The translations under genes were made by a program, and so were the position numbers. From positions 39,649 through 103,648 of the forward strand of contig CAVYJY010000008.1 in the NCBI GenBank assembly GCA_963768965.1: a stretch of DNA of 64,000 nucleotides, given 5' to 3'. Positions 28,302 through 39,798 of the stretch are shown piece by piece (the first letter of the stretch is position 1; the number at the start of each line of letters is the position of its first letter). The notes beneath the pieces are model-generated. The model made no database searches. It was given only the letters and a program-made list of their open reading frames with translations, and was not told the DNA's origin. The DNA is from an uncultured Verrucomicrobiae bacterium. GTDB lineage: Bacteria > Verrucomicrobiota > Verrucomicrobiia > Chthoniobacterales > UBA10450.

Positions 28302-29451
28302 ATTCGATCGCCTCGCGATAGATTTCTTCCAGCGCGCGGACCTGCGCGCGCTGCTCAAACCTGGCCGCGATCGCGCCCGCGCCGGCCTGCGCCAGCCGGC
28401 TCAGCTCCGCCGGCCGCCGGGTCCATTCCCGCAACGCCTCGGCCAGGGCGGCGTGGTCGCGCTCCTTGACCAAAATGCCGCTCGCGCCATCGTCGATCGC
28501 CTCCGGGATGCCGCCATGCCGGGTCGCGAAAACCGGCAGGCCGCTCGCCATCGCCTCCAGCATGGAATTGGGAACGCCTTCCTGGTTTCCATCCGCCCCC
28601 AGCTCGCTCGGATGCAGGAAAATATGCGCCTCGTAAAAGGCCTCGCGCAGTTGCTTCTGCGAGAGGAAACCGGCGAATCGGACGCGATCATGCACTCCCA
28701 GTTCCCGCGCCAGTTCCTCCAGCTCCGCGCGCAACGGGCCCTCCCCCGCGAGGGTAAAGATGGCGGCGGAATTTTCTTTCTGAAATTTCGCGAAAGCGCG
28801 CAGGCTCGTGCCGAAGCCTTTTTTCTCAATCAACCGTCCAGCCTGGAAAAAGCGCCAGGCGCCGTCGTTAGGCCAGGATCGCTCTCGAAAGGTAAGGTCG
28901 TCGAGCGGAATGCCGGTGCGATGCAGCCGGATCTTTTCGGGCGGGCAATCCAACTCGCCGAGCGCGCGGGCGAGCGATTCCGACCGGACGAGGACGAGCC
29001 GCGCCGCCGCCAGCATCTCGCGCGTGGCGGCCCGGTAGTGCGGCTTATCCAAGTCGACCATGACATCGGCCCCGTGGAAGGAGACCACGACCGGTTTCCG
29101 CCACTGCCGCATGAGCGGCAGGAGATGGACCGCGATGTGCCCAAAATAAATGTGCAGCAATTGCGCCTCGTTTTCGTCGAGCAGGCGCCTGATCTGTTGG
29201 ACCTCGCGGTGCGAGATCTGCCAGGGGGAATCCCGCAACGTCCGAAACCAGAAACGTCGCAGGAAATGCGTTCCCGGTTTCCCGACGACGAAAACCGGCT
29301 CGAAGGGAAACCGCTCGGCTTCCTCGCGTTTCTGCGCGATCACGACCGGGCGAAAGCGCTCCAGGGCCGTGATCTGCCGGTAGATGTGCAACATCTCCGG
29401 CTTCAGAAACGTCGCGCAAAAGGAGGCGACGACAGGCGGCGAGACAGGCAC
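28297..29451 (-). CDS. Glycosyltransferase family 4 (GT-B, WcaL-like)
   Basis: 384 aa. EGVPNSMLEAMASGLPVFATRHGGIPE (E-x7-E region). The stop TAG is supplied by the other end of the REP-3 palindrome. Confidence 0.8.
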   Translation of the reverse strand: MPVSPPVVASFCATFLKPEMLHIYRQITALERFRPVVIAQKREEAERFPFEPVFVVGKPGTHFLRRFWFRTLRDSPWQISHREVQQIRRLLDENEAQLLHIYFGHIAVHLLPLMRQWRKPVVVSFHGADVMVDLDKPHYRAATREMLAAARLVLVRSESLARALGELDCPPEKIRLHRTGIPLDDLTFRERSWPNDGAWRFFQAGRLIEKKGFGTSLRAFAKFQKENSAAIFTLAGEGPLRAELEELARELGVHDRVRFAGFLSQKQLREAFYEAHIFLHPSELGADGNQEGVPNSMLEAMASGLPVFATRHGGIPEAIDDGASGILVKERDHAALAEALREWTRRPAELSRLAQAGAGAIAARFEQRAQVRALEEIYREAIEL

Positions 29452-29503
29452 GCCTAACGTTCAACGCAAGCGCGTCCGGTTCAACTCAATCGCTCGCGAG
29501 CGC

Positions 29504-29821
29504 CTAAAAGGTCCAGGCGAAAAGGACGATCCCTTTCGGCTTGCCCGGATCCTTCGGATCGTGCGAGACGCGCTCCTGCGCATTCCCGTACTCGGCCGGG
29601 GCGGCCGGGTTGATCAATTGAATCGGCTGCCGGGTGCGAATCGCGACCTGCACCGCTCCTTCGGTCGGAACGATCGGCGCCGCGGCCGGCGGGCGTGGCT
29701 TGGGGAGCTCGGCTTCGATCTGCCCCGTGGTCGTGGTGGTGACGGTCGTCGTGAGCTCCTGCCCAAGAGCGACGCTGCTCGCGGCGGCCGCGAGTAAGAT
29801 GCTGAGGAATGTTTTCTTCAT
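29504..29821 (-). CDS. Small secreted Thr/Pro-rich protein
   Basis: MKKTFLSILLAAAASSVALGQ signal peptide. 105 aa. The ATG at 29821 was chosen inside the longer track ORF. Confidence 0.5.
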   Translation of the reverse strand: MKKTFLSILLAAAASSVALGQELTTTVTTTTTGQIEAELPKPRPPAAAPIVPTEGAVQVAIRTRQPIQLINPAAPAEYGNAQERVSHDPKDPGKPKGIVLFAWTF

Positions 29822-29898
29822 AATTGTTCTCCCCGAGGCTCGGCCAGAACGCGCAATGGCTTGCTCGCGCCCTGCCCTCACCCCACAATTATAGTTCG

Positions 29899-30870
29899 AT
29901 GGATTACATTGAAAAGGCCGCACGTGTCCTTGATTTAGAAATTTCCGAGCTGCAACGGCTCCGGGCGCGGCTGGGCGAAAGCTTCATCCGCGCGGTCGAT
30001 CTGATCAAAAAAGCGGTCGAATCCCGCGGCAAGGTCATCGTGCTCGGGGTCGGAAAATCCGGGCACATCGGGGAGAAAATTGCCGCCACCCTCACCAGCA
30101 CGGGCTCGCCCGCGGTCGTCCTGAATTCGCTCAACGCCCTCCACGGCGACCTCGGCATGGTCTCGGATGGCGACGTCATCCTTGCCCTCAGCTACAGCGG
30201 CGAGACGGAAGAGCTCCTCCGCATTCTCCCCGCCATCGCCCGTTTCCAAGTCGATGTCATTGGCATCTGCGGCGCGGCCGATTCGACCCTGGCGCAGAAT
30301 TGCGACGTGCTCCTTGATGTCAACGTGGAGCAGGAAGCGTGTCCGCTAAACCTCGCCCCGACCTCGAGCACGACCGTCATGCTCGCCCTCGGCGATGCGC
30401 TTGCCATGGTTCTGCTCGAGGCGCGCGGGTTTCAGAAAGAAGATTTCGCCAAATTCCATCCCGCCGGGATGGTCGGGCGCAGCCTCCTCCTGCGCGTGCA
30501 CCAGATCATGCGGCCGCGCGCTGCTCTCGCGCTCGTTCGACCGGAGGATAATATTCGCGCCGTACTGGAATTGATGACTTCTCTCCGTGCCGGCGCCGCC
30601 GTCATCGCCGGGCCGGATGAACAACTGCTCGGGATATTCACCCACGGCGATTTCGTTAGGCATTTCCAGACCGACCCGCGGGTCGGTGAGCGGCTCGTGG
30701 CCGACCTGATGACGCTTAATCCGGTCGTGGTTCACCAGGATAAACTCGCGGTTGAAGTGTTGAACCTGCTCGAGCGCCACCGCATTGACGACCTCGTCGT
30801 GGTCGACGATCGCGGGGTGCCGGTCGGGATCGTCGACTCGCAGGATCTGACCAAGCTGAAGCTGCTCTGA
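29899..30870 (+). CDS. kdsD: Arabinose-5-phosphate isomerase (KpsF/GutQ/KdsD; SIS + tandem CBS)
   Basis: SIS motif VIVLGVGKSGHIGEKIAATL..SYSGET, followed by two CBS domains. Confidence 0.85.
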   Translation: MDYIEKAARVLDLEISELQRLRARLGESFIRAVDLIKKAVESRGKVIVLGVGKSGHIGEKIAATLTSTGSPAVVLNSLNALHGDLGMVSDGDVILALSYSGETEELLRILPAIARFQVDVIGICGAADSTLAQNCDVLLDVNVEQEACPLNLAPTSSTTVMLALGDALAMVLLEARGFQKEDFAKFHPAGMVGRSLLLRVHQIMRPRAALALVRPEDNIRAVLELMTSLRAGAAVIAGPDEQLLGIFTHGDFVRHFQTDPRVGERLVADLMTLNPVVVHQDKLAVEVLNLLERHRIDDLVVVDDRGVPVGIVDSQDLTKLKLL

Positions 30871-30921
30871 AACCAGCCCGACTTGTAAATCCTCGCGCCC
30901 TCAACTAAGAATCTCACCTCT

Positions 30922-31479
30922 ATGGCCGCCGCGAACGATCTCCGCAAAGGACAAGCAATTAAATACAACGGGAACACCGCCATCGTCCTCGATGTGCAGC
31001 ACCGGACGCCGGGCAACCTGCGCGCCTTTGTCCAGGCCATCATCCGTTACATCAACACTGGCAAAAGCGCCGATGTCCGCTTCGGCTCGACCGACAAGGT
31101 GGAACTGGTCGATGTCTCGCGCACCACGCTCGAGTTCAGCTACAAGGACAATACCGGTTACCATTTCATGGATCCGAGCACCTACGAAACGATCACGCTC
31201 GACGAGCACCTCCTGAGCGAGGCAAAGGGTTACCTGGTCGAGAATCTGCCGGTCGAGGTTCTTTTCACCGAAGGCCGGCCGGTCCAGGTGGAATTGCCCT
31301 CCTCCGTCCAGGTCAAGGTGGTCGAAGCGCCGGAAGGCCTGCGCGGCGACACCGCGAGCAATGTGACCAAGCCCGCTCTGCTCGAAACCGGCAAAACGGT
31401 CAACGTCCCGCTTTTCATTAAAGAAGGCGAAAAGATCAAGATCGACACCCGCACCGGCGCCTATATGGGCCGTGCCTAA
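30922..31479 (+). CDS. efp: Elongation factor P
   Basis: 185 aa. NDLRKGQAIKYNG and C-terminal VNVPLFIKEGEKIKIDTRTGAYMGRA. The stop TAA lies inside a GCCTAACGA word. Confidence 0.95.
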   Translation: MAAANDLRKGQAIKYNGNTAIVLDVQHRTPGNLRAFVQAIIRYINTGKSADVRFGSTDKVELVDVSRTTLEFSYKDNTGYHFMDPSTYETITLDEHLLSEAKGYLVENLPVEVLFTEGRPVQVELPSSVQVKVVEAPEGLRGDTASNVTKPALLETGKTVNVPLFIKEGEKIKIDTRTGAYMGRA

Positions 31480-31599
31480 CGAATGGCCTCACGGCGCGTT
31501 CCCCGGCATACGACCCGGCGCAGGCCGGTCCGGGGTGGCGTCAAAGTCGCCCCCTACGTCGTCCCGACCCGGCGCGGCACCCCGCCCGGCGGCTCCCTC

Positions 31600-32295
31600 A
31601 TGGTCCCGACGAAATGGGTCAAGTTCATCGTCGCCCTTTTTCTCCTCCCGATCTGCGCTCTCCTCAGCCAGACGTTTTTCACCTCCTTCGCCCGGGCCAC
31701 CGTGGCGGAGCGGCTCTGGGCGGGTGAAGAGTTCTGGTTCTTTTCGTTAGGCGCGGTTCTCTGGCTGATCGCGTTTTTCGGATTGCCGCGCCCGCTGTTG
31801 ATCTACGTCTTCGGCCACGAGCTGACCCACGCGCTCTGGGTCTGGATGATGGGCGGCCGGGTCAGCCAGTTCAAGGTGGGCCGCGACGGCGGGCACATCA
31901 TGACCGACAAAAACAATTTTCTCATCGCCCTCGCGCCCTACTTTTTCCCGCTCTACAGCATCCTCGTGCTCGCGCTTTACGGCGGGCTCAGTCTCTTCGT
32001 TAATCTCCAGCCCTACGGCCAGCTCCTCTACGCGCTGCTCGGGGTGACCTGGGCCTTCCACCTCACCTTTACCTGCTGGATGATCCCGAAGAACCAGACC
32101 GACCTGAGCGATAACGGGACGATCTTTTCGCTCGTCGTGATTTACCTGATCAACCTGCTCCTGCTCAGCGTCCTGCTCGTGATCGCCTCGCCCCGGATCA
32201 CTTTTGAAAATTTCGGGAGCGACATCGTGCGCAACCTCGCGAATTTCTCGCACACCATCGTCACGCTTCTCGAGCGCTTCAGCCGCGGGGCGTAG
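31600..32295 (+). CDS. Multi-pass membrane protein with an HExxH motif (putative zinc metalloprotease, M50/DUF3267-like)
   Basis: Six predicted TM helices and FGHELTHALW. The start is uncertain (the track ORF begins at 31483). Confidence 0.5.
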   Translation: MVPTKWVKFIVALFLLPICALLSQTFFTSFARATVAERLWAGEEFWFFSLGAVLWLIAFFGLPRPLLIYVFGHELTHALWVWMMGGRVSQFKVGRDGGHIMTDKNNFLIALAPYFFPLYSILVLALYGGLSLFVNLQPYGQLLYALLGVTWAFHLTFTCWMIPKNQTDLSDNGTIFSLVVIYLINLLLLSVLLVIASPRITFENFGSDIVRNLANFSHTIVTLLERFSRGA

Positions 32296-35132
32296 CAACG
32301 ACGACCGCGAAGGGCAATCGCGCGATCGCCTGCGCGAGCGGCAGGGCCGCACCCTGCTCGGTCGTCGTTCCGGTAAACAAATCCTCGCCCCCGGCAAACC
32401 CTTCCGGCATTTGAACCGCGGTATCGCGCCAAGCCTCGCCGATGGGCGGAAACCCGACGCGCAAACTCAGCCGCGGAGCGAGCACGACGATCGATTGGCC
32501 ATTCCATTCCCGGGCGAAAGCGATGCAGCAATCCGCAAATTCACCGGTGACATTGAGCGGGAGATAATTTCCCTCGCGGAACAGCTCCGGATTCTCGCGC
32601 CGGAACGTCAGCAGGCGATGGGTGAGGAAAAGCTTGATCCGTCCGTCGCGCCAACTGCCTAACAACTCCTCCGGCGTCGCGCCAGCCAGACCGTCGAGCA
32701 TTTCCCGGCGTTGCTGGTAATCGACCGGCCGTCGATTATCCGGGTCGACCAGACTGAAGTCCCAGATCTCGTTTCCCTGGTAAATATCCGGCACCCCGGG
32801 CGATGTCAGCTTGAGCAGCACCTGCGAGAGCGAGTTGATCGCCCCCGCGCGCGCGACCTCCTCCGCGACCGGCAGGAAACTTTCCAGGAAACGATTGCGC
32901 GGCGAGGGATCGAGAATCTTCTCAATAAACGCCGCGACCGCCGCGTCCCACTGTTCGTTAGGCTGAACCCAGCTCGTGTTCACCTTCGCTTCCTTCATCG
33001 CCTTCGCCATGTATTGCTGGATGCGCGCCAGGTAATCGGCCCGCGCTTCGTCGCTCAGCTCGCGATACGGCTCGAGCGGCCAGCTCCCGAGCAACGTCTG
33101 GTAGAGGAGATACTCCTCGTTCCGGTCCGGCGCCTCGCTCTCCTCCAGCCGCCCCTTCCAGCGCCGGTTCAGGGTGCGCCAGCGGCCTAACGAACGGCGC
33201 CATTGCTCCGGCATTTCCGAGATCACCGCCATCCGCGCCCGCACGTCTTCGCTCCGCTTCGTGTCGTGGGTGGAAGTGGAGAGCATGGTGGCGGGCCATT
33301 TCTCCTGGCGCTCGCGATTGTGCCGGTGAAATCCTTCCACGCTCAACCCGAAGCGCTGCGGTTCGCCGCCGACTTCATTGAGCGCGGCGAGGCGGTTGTA
33401 GAGGTAAAAGGCCGTGTCCTCCAGCCCTTTCGCCATGATCGGCCCGGTCGTTTGCTGGAATTTCAGAACAAAGTGGATGTGCTCTGCGCGCGCTTCGTCA
33501 TCAAGGTTCTCCGGAAAACGGAAAAGGAGGATGTCGCGCAGGAAATTAAAGACCGATTCTTCGAGGGCAGGGTTGCGCCGCTTGGCGGCGGCGACGGCCC
33601 GCTCAATCACCGCGCGGTCCGCTTCGCTCACCGGGCGGTCGGGCGCGAGATAAGTCCGATACACTGGAAAGCAGGCGATCGTCTCCCGTACCGCCAGGGT
33701 CAGGGCGTCCAGGGTGTAGTCTCGGTACCAACGATTTTTCTCCGAGATCCGGTCGAACATCGCCCCGAGGACATTGACGTCGTTGGCCAGCGAGAGCCGC
33801 ATGACGAGGCGCTTCTTGGCGTAAACGAGATGCCCGAAATGCATCGTGTGCCCGATGAATTTCTGAAATGCGCTCGTGATCGTGCGCTCCGCCGCGGTGT
33901 CGACCAGCACGCCGATGGCGTCGTTCATGAAGTCGTAGCCGGTCGTGCCATGCACGGGCCACTCGTTTGGAAGCTGCTCGTCACCGCTCAGGATCTTCTC
34001 GACCACGAGATAGATGGCCCGCTTCTCCCCGGAGGAAGCGGTTTTCAGTTTTTCCGCGGCACGGCGCTGTAGTTTCTCGAAGTACTCGTTAGGCAAATAG
34101 AGCCCGTCGGGGTGGTCGATCCGCAGACCGGTCACGGCGCCGCTCGCCGACCAGTTCGAGGACAAGCTCATGCGCGGCATCGAAAACCTCCGGCAATTCC
34201 ATCCGGATGGCGGCCAGATCATTCACGTCGAAGAAGCGCCGGTAATTGATCTCCTCCGCCGCCACCCGCCAGAAAGCGAGCCGATAGGCCTGGTCGGTCA
34301 GGAGGGCATCGAGCGCGTCGAAGCTGCGGGAATCGCCCGGCGTCCCGTTGATGATCGCGAGGGCTTTTTCCACCGCTTCCTGCACCAGCGGCGCTTCCTG
34401 GCAGCGGCGTTCCAGCCGGCGCTTGATGATCTCCTTTTCCCTCGCTCGCTCCGCGATCCGTTCGGAGTCGGTCTCGGTTCGGCGGGGCAGATATTCGAGC
34501 GCGGTCAGGATGCTCTGCAATTCCGCGTAGAAATCCTCTTCCTTGTGCGCGCCCAACTGCTCGAGCGCGATCTCGAGAATGTGCCGGTAGGTCCCGGGCG
34601 CGATCGGAAATTCATGTTCGAAATAGCGCAGGTAAAAGCGGCCGCCGTCGTAGTGGACTTTCAGTTCCCCCCGCTCCAAAACCCGCCCATATTGGTCGCC
34701 CAGGATCGGGATCAGCACCTTGTCGCGCAGGTCCGACTTGAGCGGCTGCCAGTCGATGTCGAAATATGGCGCAAACTCCGAGCTCGGACCGTTCTCCAGG
34801 ACGTCGGCCCACCAGGCGTTGGTCGGTTCGCCGATGCCCATGTGGTTGGGCACGAAATCGAGCATCTGACCCATCCCGCGGTCGTGCAATTCCTCCATCC
34901 AGGCGTCGTATTCCGCCCGCGAGCCAATCGCGGCATTCAGCTTGTTGTGATCGGTAATGTCGTAGCCGTGCAGGCTCTCCGCCCGCGCCTGGAAATAGGG
35001 CGATGCGTAACAATCGCTGATCCCGAGGGCGTGGAGATACGGCACGATCTTTCGCGCCTGCGCGAAGGTGAACTCCCGGTTGAACTGGAGGCGGTAAGTG
35101 GAGCTGGGAATGAGTGGGTGCGGCGTGCTCAC
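32279..35132 (-). pseudogene. treY: Malto-oligosyltrehalose synthase (TreY, GH13), interrupted by a 1-nt insertion
   Basis: N-terminus YRLQFNREFTF...HGYDITDH...LDFVPNHMG. The two ORFs join as ..HELVLELV|ASGAVTGLRIDHPDGL.. if one G is removed from sense GTCGGCGAGC (plus-strand CC 34147-34148). Combined length is about 950 aa. Confidence 0.85.
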
Positions 35133-35205
35133 GGGACGGGGAATTTAGACAGGAATTCCAGGATGAACAGGATTGGGCGGCCTGAAACGGCCGTAGACCC
35201 AAGCC

Positions 35206-36915
35206 CTACATCTTTTCCGGCACCTGAATTCCCAGCAGATCTAGGCCGCGGTGCAGGACACGCGCCGTCAGCTCGGAAAGGGCGAGCCGGCTGGCGCGCA
35301 CCGGCGGATCGGCTTTCAAAACGGGGCACGCTTCGTAGAAGGAGTGGAAGGAATTGGCCAGCTCGAAGAGATAATTCGCGAGCAGGTTCGGCCGAAAATC
35401 GTTCAGGACCTGCGGCACGGTCTCGGCAAACTGCGCCAGGCGCTTGGCCAGGTTGAGCTCGGCCGGCTCGGTCAGGACCAATTCGTTCGGCGCGACAAAC
35501 TCTTCCCCCGCCTTGCGGAAGATCGAGCGAATCCGGACATAGGCGTTTTGCAGGTAAGGTGCGGTGTTTCCCTGGAAAGAAAGCATCCGGTCCCAGGAAA
35601 AGATGTAATCCGTCATCCGGTACTGCGAGAGATCGGCGTACTTCACCGCTCCGATTCCGATCGTGCTGCGCGATCTGATTCTTTTCCGCTTCCGGCAGTT
35701 CGGGATTTTTTTCCTCCACGATTTTTTGCGCGCGGACGATGGCTTCATCGAGCAAATCGCGCAGCGGCACGTTTTCGCCCGAGCGCGTCTTCATCAATTT
35801 GCGATCCTCGCCAAGGATGCTGCCGTGGGTGATGTGGCGGAAGTCGGTCGTGTAACCTTCGCGCCGCGCGATCTCGAAGATCTGTTTGAAATGCAGCTGC
35901 TGCGGCGCGCCGGTCTCGATCCAGATCGTGTCCGCGCCAAGGTCGCGCACCCGGTAATCGATCGTCGCAATGTCGGTCGTGGCGTAATTGAAACCGCCGT
36001 CGCTTTTCTGAATGATGCAGGGCCGTTCCGCCAGCTCGGGAATATCGCGGAAGAAAACGCAAACCGCGCCTTCGCTCACTTCCGCGAGGCCGGATTGGCG
36101 CAGCCGCGCGACCACGGCGGCAAGGCGGTCGTTGTAGAAACTTTCCCCGCGCTGGATGTCGTAGCGGATGCCGAGAATGTCGTAGGCGGCCTCGAATTCC
36201 TTCATCGAAAGCGCGACGCACTCGTTCCAGATGGCGAGGCTTTCCTCCTCGCCGCCTTGCAGCCTGACGAGTTCCTGGCGACAAGCGTCGCGCACCTGCT
36301 CGTCCATCTTGCCCAGTTCGTTCGCCGCTCTTGTAAATCCGTACCAGCTCCGCGATCGGGTCGCGGGCCAGGGCATCGCGGTCGAGGAGATTTTTCCAGC
36401 CGTAGATCACCATCCCGAACTGCGTTCCCCAGTCGCCGATGTGATTATCGCGAATCACGTCGTGTCCGAGGAAGCTGGCGATGCGGGCGAGGGCATCGCC
36501 CATCACGAGGCTGCGGATGTGGCCGACATGCATCGGCTTGGCCACGTTCGGCGATCCGAAATCGATCACGATGCGGTGACGCTTTTCGGCCGGCGACACG
36601 CCCAGCCGCTCATCGCGCAAAAGCTCCGCCGCACGGGCCGAGATCGCCTCCGGCTTGAGCGTGAAATTGATGAACCCCGGGCCCGCCATCGTCGGCGCCT
36701 CCGTCAGATCGTCGGGCGCGAGCTGGTCGATGATTTTCTGCGCCAGATTTCTCGGATTTTCGCCCCGCTGCTTGGCCAGGATGAGGGCGGCGTTGGTCTG
36801 GTAATCACCAAAACGCGCGTCGGTCGCGGGCGTGACTTCGCCCGCCAGCGGGAGGCCGGCGGCGGTGAGGGCGCGCTCCAGCTCGTCGTCTCAAAAGCGA
36901 CTGAAATGTTTCCAT
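35206..36915 (-). pseudogene. argS: Arginine--tRNA ligase carrying three separate 1-nt insertions
   Basis: Four colinear pieces in three frames. These are METFQSLL | DDELERALTAAG..FGDYQTNAA..AGPGFINF..MHVGHIRS (HIGH).. | ANELGKMDEQ...ATTDIA..KMKTRSG (KMSK-like).. | TIGIGAVKYADLS..DALR domain ending ..VPEKM. The extra bases lie at about 36891, 36325-36326 and 35665. Confidence 0.85.
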
Positions 36916-36975
36916 GACAAGGATCGAACGTTAGGCCGCGGGCCCGCACCGGTCGGTGGGACGGCAGCCGGCCCC

Positions 36976-37440
36976 CTATTTCGTCGCGCGCTCTTCGAAG
37001 ACGGCCAGGATTTCTTCTTTCGTCCCGGCGGCAGCAAGCGTTTCGCGCACCGAGCGATCGTTCAAGAACTTCGCGATCGAGGCCAGGGTGCGGAGGTGCG
37101 TTTGAAACTGGTTCTTCGGGACAATGAAGAGGACAACAAATTTAACCGGCGCATTATCGAGCGCGTCGAACTCGATCCCCTGCGAGGAACGCCCGAAGGC
37201 GGCCACCACCTCGCTCACCGCCTCCGAGGAAGCATGCGGAATCGCGATCCCGAATCCGATCCCGGTGCTCATCGTTTCCTCGCGTTGTTTGAGCGCGGCG
37301 AGGATGCCGTCCCGGCTGCCGGCGTCGATTTTTTCCCGCGCCACGAGGAGATCGATCAGTTCGACGATGGCCGGCCAACGCTCGGTCGCCGTCATCTCGG
37401 GAATGATCTGCTCGGAGGATAAAAGGCTGGCCAAAGACAT
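36976..37440 (-). CDS. ptsN: PTS EIIA-Ntr (nitrogen regulatory IIA protein)
   Basis: 154 aa. EIIA type-2 active-site region TGIGFGIAIPHAS. Confidence 0.8.
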   Translation of the reverse strand: MSLASLLSSEQIIPEMTATERWPAIVELIDLLVAREKIDAGSRDGILAALKQREETMSTGIGFGIAIPHASSEAVSEVVAAFGRSSQGIEFDALDNAPVKFVVLFIVPKNQFQTHLRTLASIAKFLNDRSVRETLAAAGTKEEILAVFEERATK

Positions 37441-37512
37441 GCGGAGTGCTCCGAGTGGAGCGGAAGCTAAACGTCCGCGGTTCGGATGACAAGTTGGGAA
37501 AAATAAACGGTT

Positions 37513-38226
37513 CTACTGGTCTTCCCTTAAACGATAGCTGAGTTGGCGCGAGAGGAGCCAGCGCACTCCAAACATGTCGACCGTGGCGCGGACGGCGCGG
37601 TTCCCGAGGCCGTATTTGCTCAGGCCAAACTGGCGCGGCCGATGATTGACCGGGATCTCGACCAGGCGATAGCCGGCGCCTTTGACCAGCGCGGGAATAA
37701 AGCGGTGCATGCCCTTGAACGGCACGAGCGTGCGGACGCATTCGCGCCGCATCGCCTTGAGCGTGCAGCCGGTGTCGCGCACGCCGTCCTTTGTGAAACG
37801 GCTCCGGACGAAGTTCGCGATCCGGCTCGTCAGGCGCTTGACCAGGGTGTCTTTGCGTTGCGCGCGGTAGCCGCAGACCAAATCGGCGCCGCGCTCGATC
37901 TCGGCCAGGAGCCGGGGAATATCGGCCGGATCGTTCTGCAGGTCGCCGTCGATCAGGACCACGGTCGCGCCGCGGGCGGCGTTGGTGCCGGCGTACATGG
38001 CCGCGCTTTGTCCGGCGTTTTTCTCAAAGCGCAGGACGCGGATTTCCGGCGTTCTCGTTAGGCGCGAAAGCGTCTGGTCGGTCGAACCGTCATCGACAAA
38101 AATGATTTCGTGCGGAATGCCCACGAGCGCGGCGCTCAGCTCGGCCTGAAGAATGGGCACGTTTTCCTCCTCGTTAAAAAGCGGCACCACCACGGAGACG
38201 GCCGGCGGGGAAGGGTTCTCGGTCAT
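37513..38226 (-). CDS. GT2 polyprenol-phosphate glycosyltransferase (ArnC/DPM1-like)
   Basis: MTENPSPPAVSVVVPLFNEEEN, VDDGSTD, DGDLQNDP. Its ATG overlaps the TGA of the upstream gene (ATGA at 38223-38226). Confidence 0.8.
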   Translation of the reverse strand: MTENPSPPAVSVVVPLFNEEENVPILQAELSAALVGIPHEIIFVDDGSTDQTLSRLTRTPEIRVLRFEKNAGQSAAMYAGTNAARGATVVLIDGDLQNDPADIPRLLAEIERGADLVCGYRAQRKDTLVKRLTSRIANFVRSRFTKDGVRDTGCTLKAMRRECVRTLVPFKGMHRFIPALVKGAGYRLVEIPVNHRPRQFGLSKYGLGNRAVRATVDMFGVRWLLSRQLSYRLREDQ

Positions 38227-39798
38227 AACGGCATCGTCCGGTAATCGTAGCAGGCGTAGACCTGGAGTTCGCGCAGGATCTTGCCGCCTGTCCGCACTTC
38301 GATCGTGCTGATGAGCTCGGTCCGGCCAAACCCGGCCCGGATGCTGCGCGGCGGCTTGTCTCTTTTCCCGAGATGAAGAAAGAGCGCGGTCCGGCCGGTG
38401 AAAAGATTCACGCCCTTCCTCCTCGGTGTAGACTTCGTTCGGGTCGCGCGGCGCGTTGGGCGGGAGCGCGACGAATTCATCGTAGCGCGGCCAAAACGAA
38501 AACTGGTTCACCATGTCCTGCGACTCCGGGATGTAGACCGGCGGATGCCCCGGGCCTTCGACCCGTTTCTCGGGCAAATAAAAGGCCAGCTCGGAAGCGC
38601 GGTCGCGTTCATCGGCGATGAGGAAAACTCGCTGCCCGGTTTGCTTTTCAAAGTCGCTCCGCACTTTGTCGACCGCTACCGCCATCGCCTCCCAGCCGCG
38701 CAGGCGATCGGTCGGGTCACGCCCGCGCCGGGTGATGCCGACCGGGTTTAACATCAGGATGACCAGCACCGCGCTCAGCAAAAGGCCGAGGAAAACGGCG
38801 GCGTTGGCCCAGGCATGCGCGCGGGTGCGGGAGGCGGCTCGCTCGCGCCAATAGGAGACCGCAAGGACGCCGAGACTGGGGAAAGCAAGCGCGTCCCAGT
38901 TCGGCGCGGCGGCATCGTTGATCGAGAGGATGAGATAAACGAAAAAGACCGGCAGCCCGAACCAGAGGAGATAGAAGACGACGAAGTTGCGCTGCGCTCG
39001 CCGCCAGCTCGCGATCGTCGCCCAGACGAGCCCGAGAAAGAGCAAAGGCGAATAGGTCGCGAAATGTTCGGCCAGAAAAGTCAGGAGCTCGAGCGGATGA
39101 AAACCAGGCGCGGCGTCGAGACTGCCGCGCGACTTGAGATGGGCGAGAGTGATCCAGGCGTGCTCCGCGTTCCACAAAATCGGCGGGATGGTGCAGAGGG
39201 CGAAAGCGAGCAGGAGCAGATAAAGATTGGGCCGGAGAAACTCGCGCCGCAGCCGCCGGGCGAGGAGGAGGACGAGCAGAATCGAGACGAGCTGAAGCGC
39301 GTTGGTGTATTTGCAGAGAAATCCGATCCCCACGAGCAAGCCGGTGCAGGGCCACCACCAGGAAAAACGCGGCGAGCGTTCGATCGCGAGCCAAAAACTG
39401 AAGAGCGCCGCCGTCCAGAAAAAGAGCGAGAGCGGATCGATCGTGAAAACCAGGCTGCCGAGATTGAAGATGGGCGTGACATTCAGGACCACGACTGTCC
39501 AGAAGGCGGCGAGCGAGCTAAAAAGCCGCTGGGAAAAATAATAGATGAGCAAACTCGTCCCGGCCGCGAGGAGCGGGCTCCAGAAGCGGACGCCAAACTC
39601 GGTGTCGCCAAAAATCGCCGTGCTCGCGGCCATGGCGAAGGCCACGCCGGGCCCTTTGCTGAAATAGGAAAGGGCCGGGCGCTCCGACCACATCCAATAA
39701 TAGGCCTCGTCGGGCGAGAGCTGGGTCGCGCCCAGAAAGGCGAAGCGGATCGCCGTTAGTCCCAGGATGAAAATCCAAACTGCCCGGGTCGTGCTCAT
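38223..39798 (-). pseudogene. GT39/GT83-type (ArnT/PMT-like) membrane glycosyltransferase, interrupted by a 1-nt insertion
   Basis: N-terminus with the DEAYYW motif and more than 10 TM helices. The authentic C-terminus (NLFTGRTALFLHLGKRD...LQVYACYDYRTMPL) lies in the 38223-38480 ORF. The frames join if one G is removed from sense GAAGGGCGTG (plus-strand CCC 38413-38415). The 761-aa track ORF is therefore an artefactual fusion with the GT2 gene. Confidence 0.75.

Noticed and set aside
37513-39798. 761-aa ORF read as a natural GT39-GT2 fusion protein
   Set aside because: About 65 residues at the junction are Arg-rich out-of-frame sequence. The authentic GT39 C-terminus is in the 38223-38480 frame and ends with a TGA that overlaps the ATG of the GT2 gene (ATGA). 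A single extra G near 38413-38415 creates the fusion.
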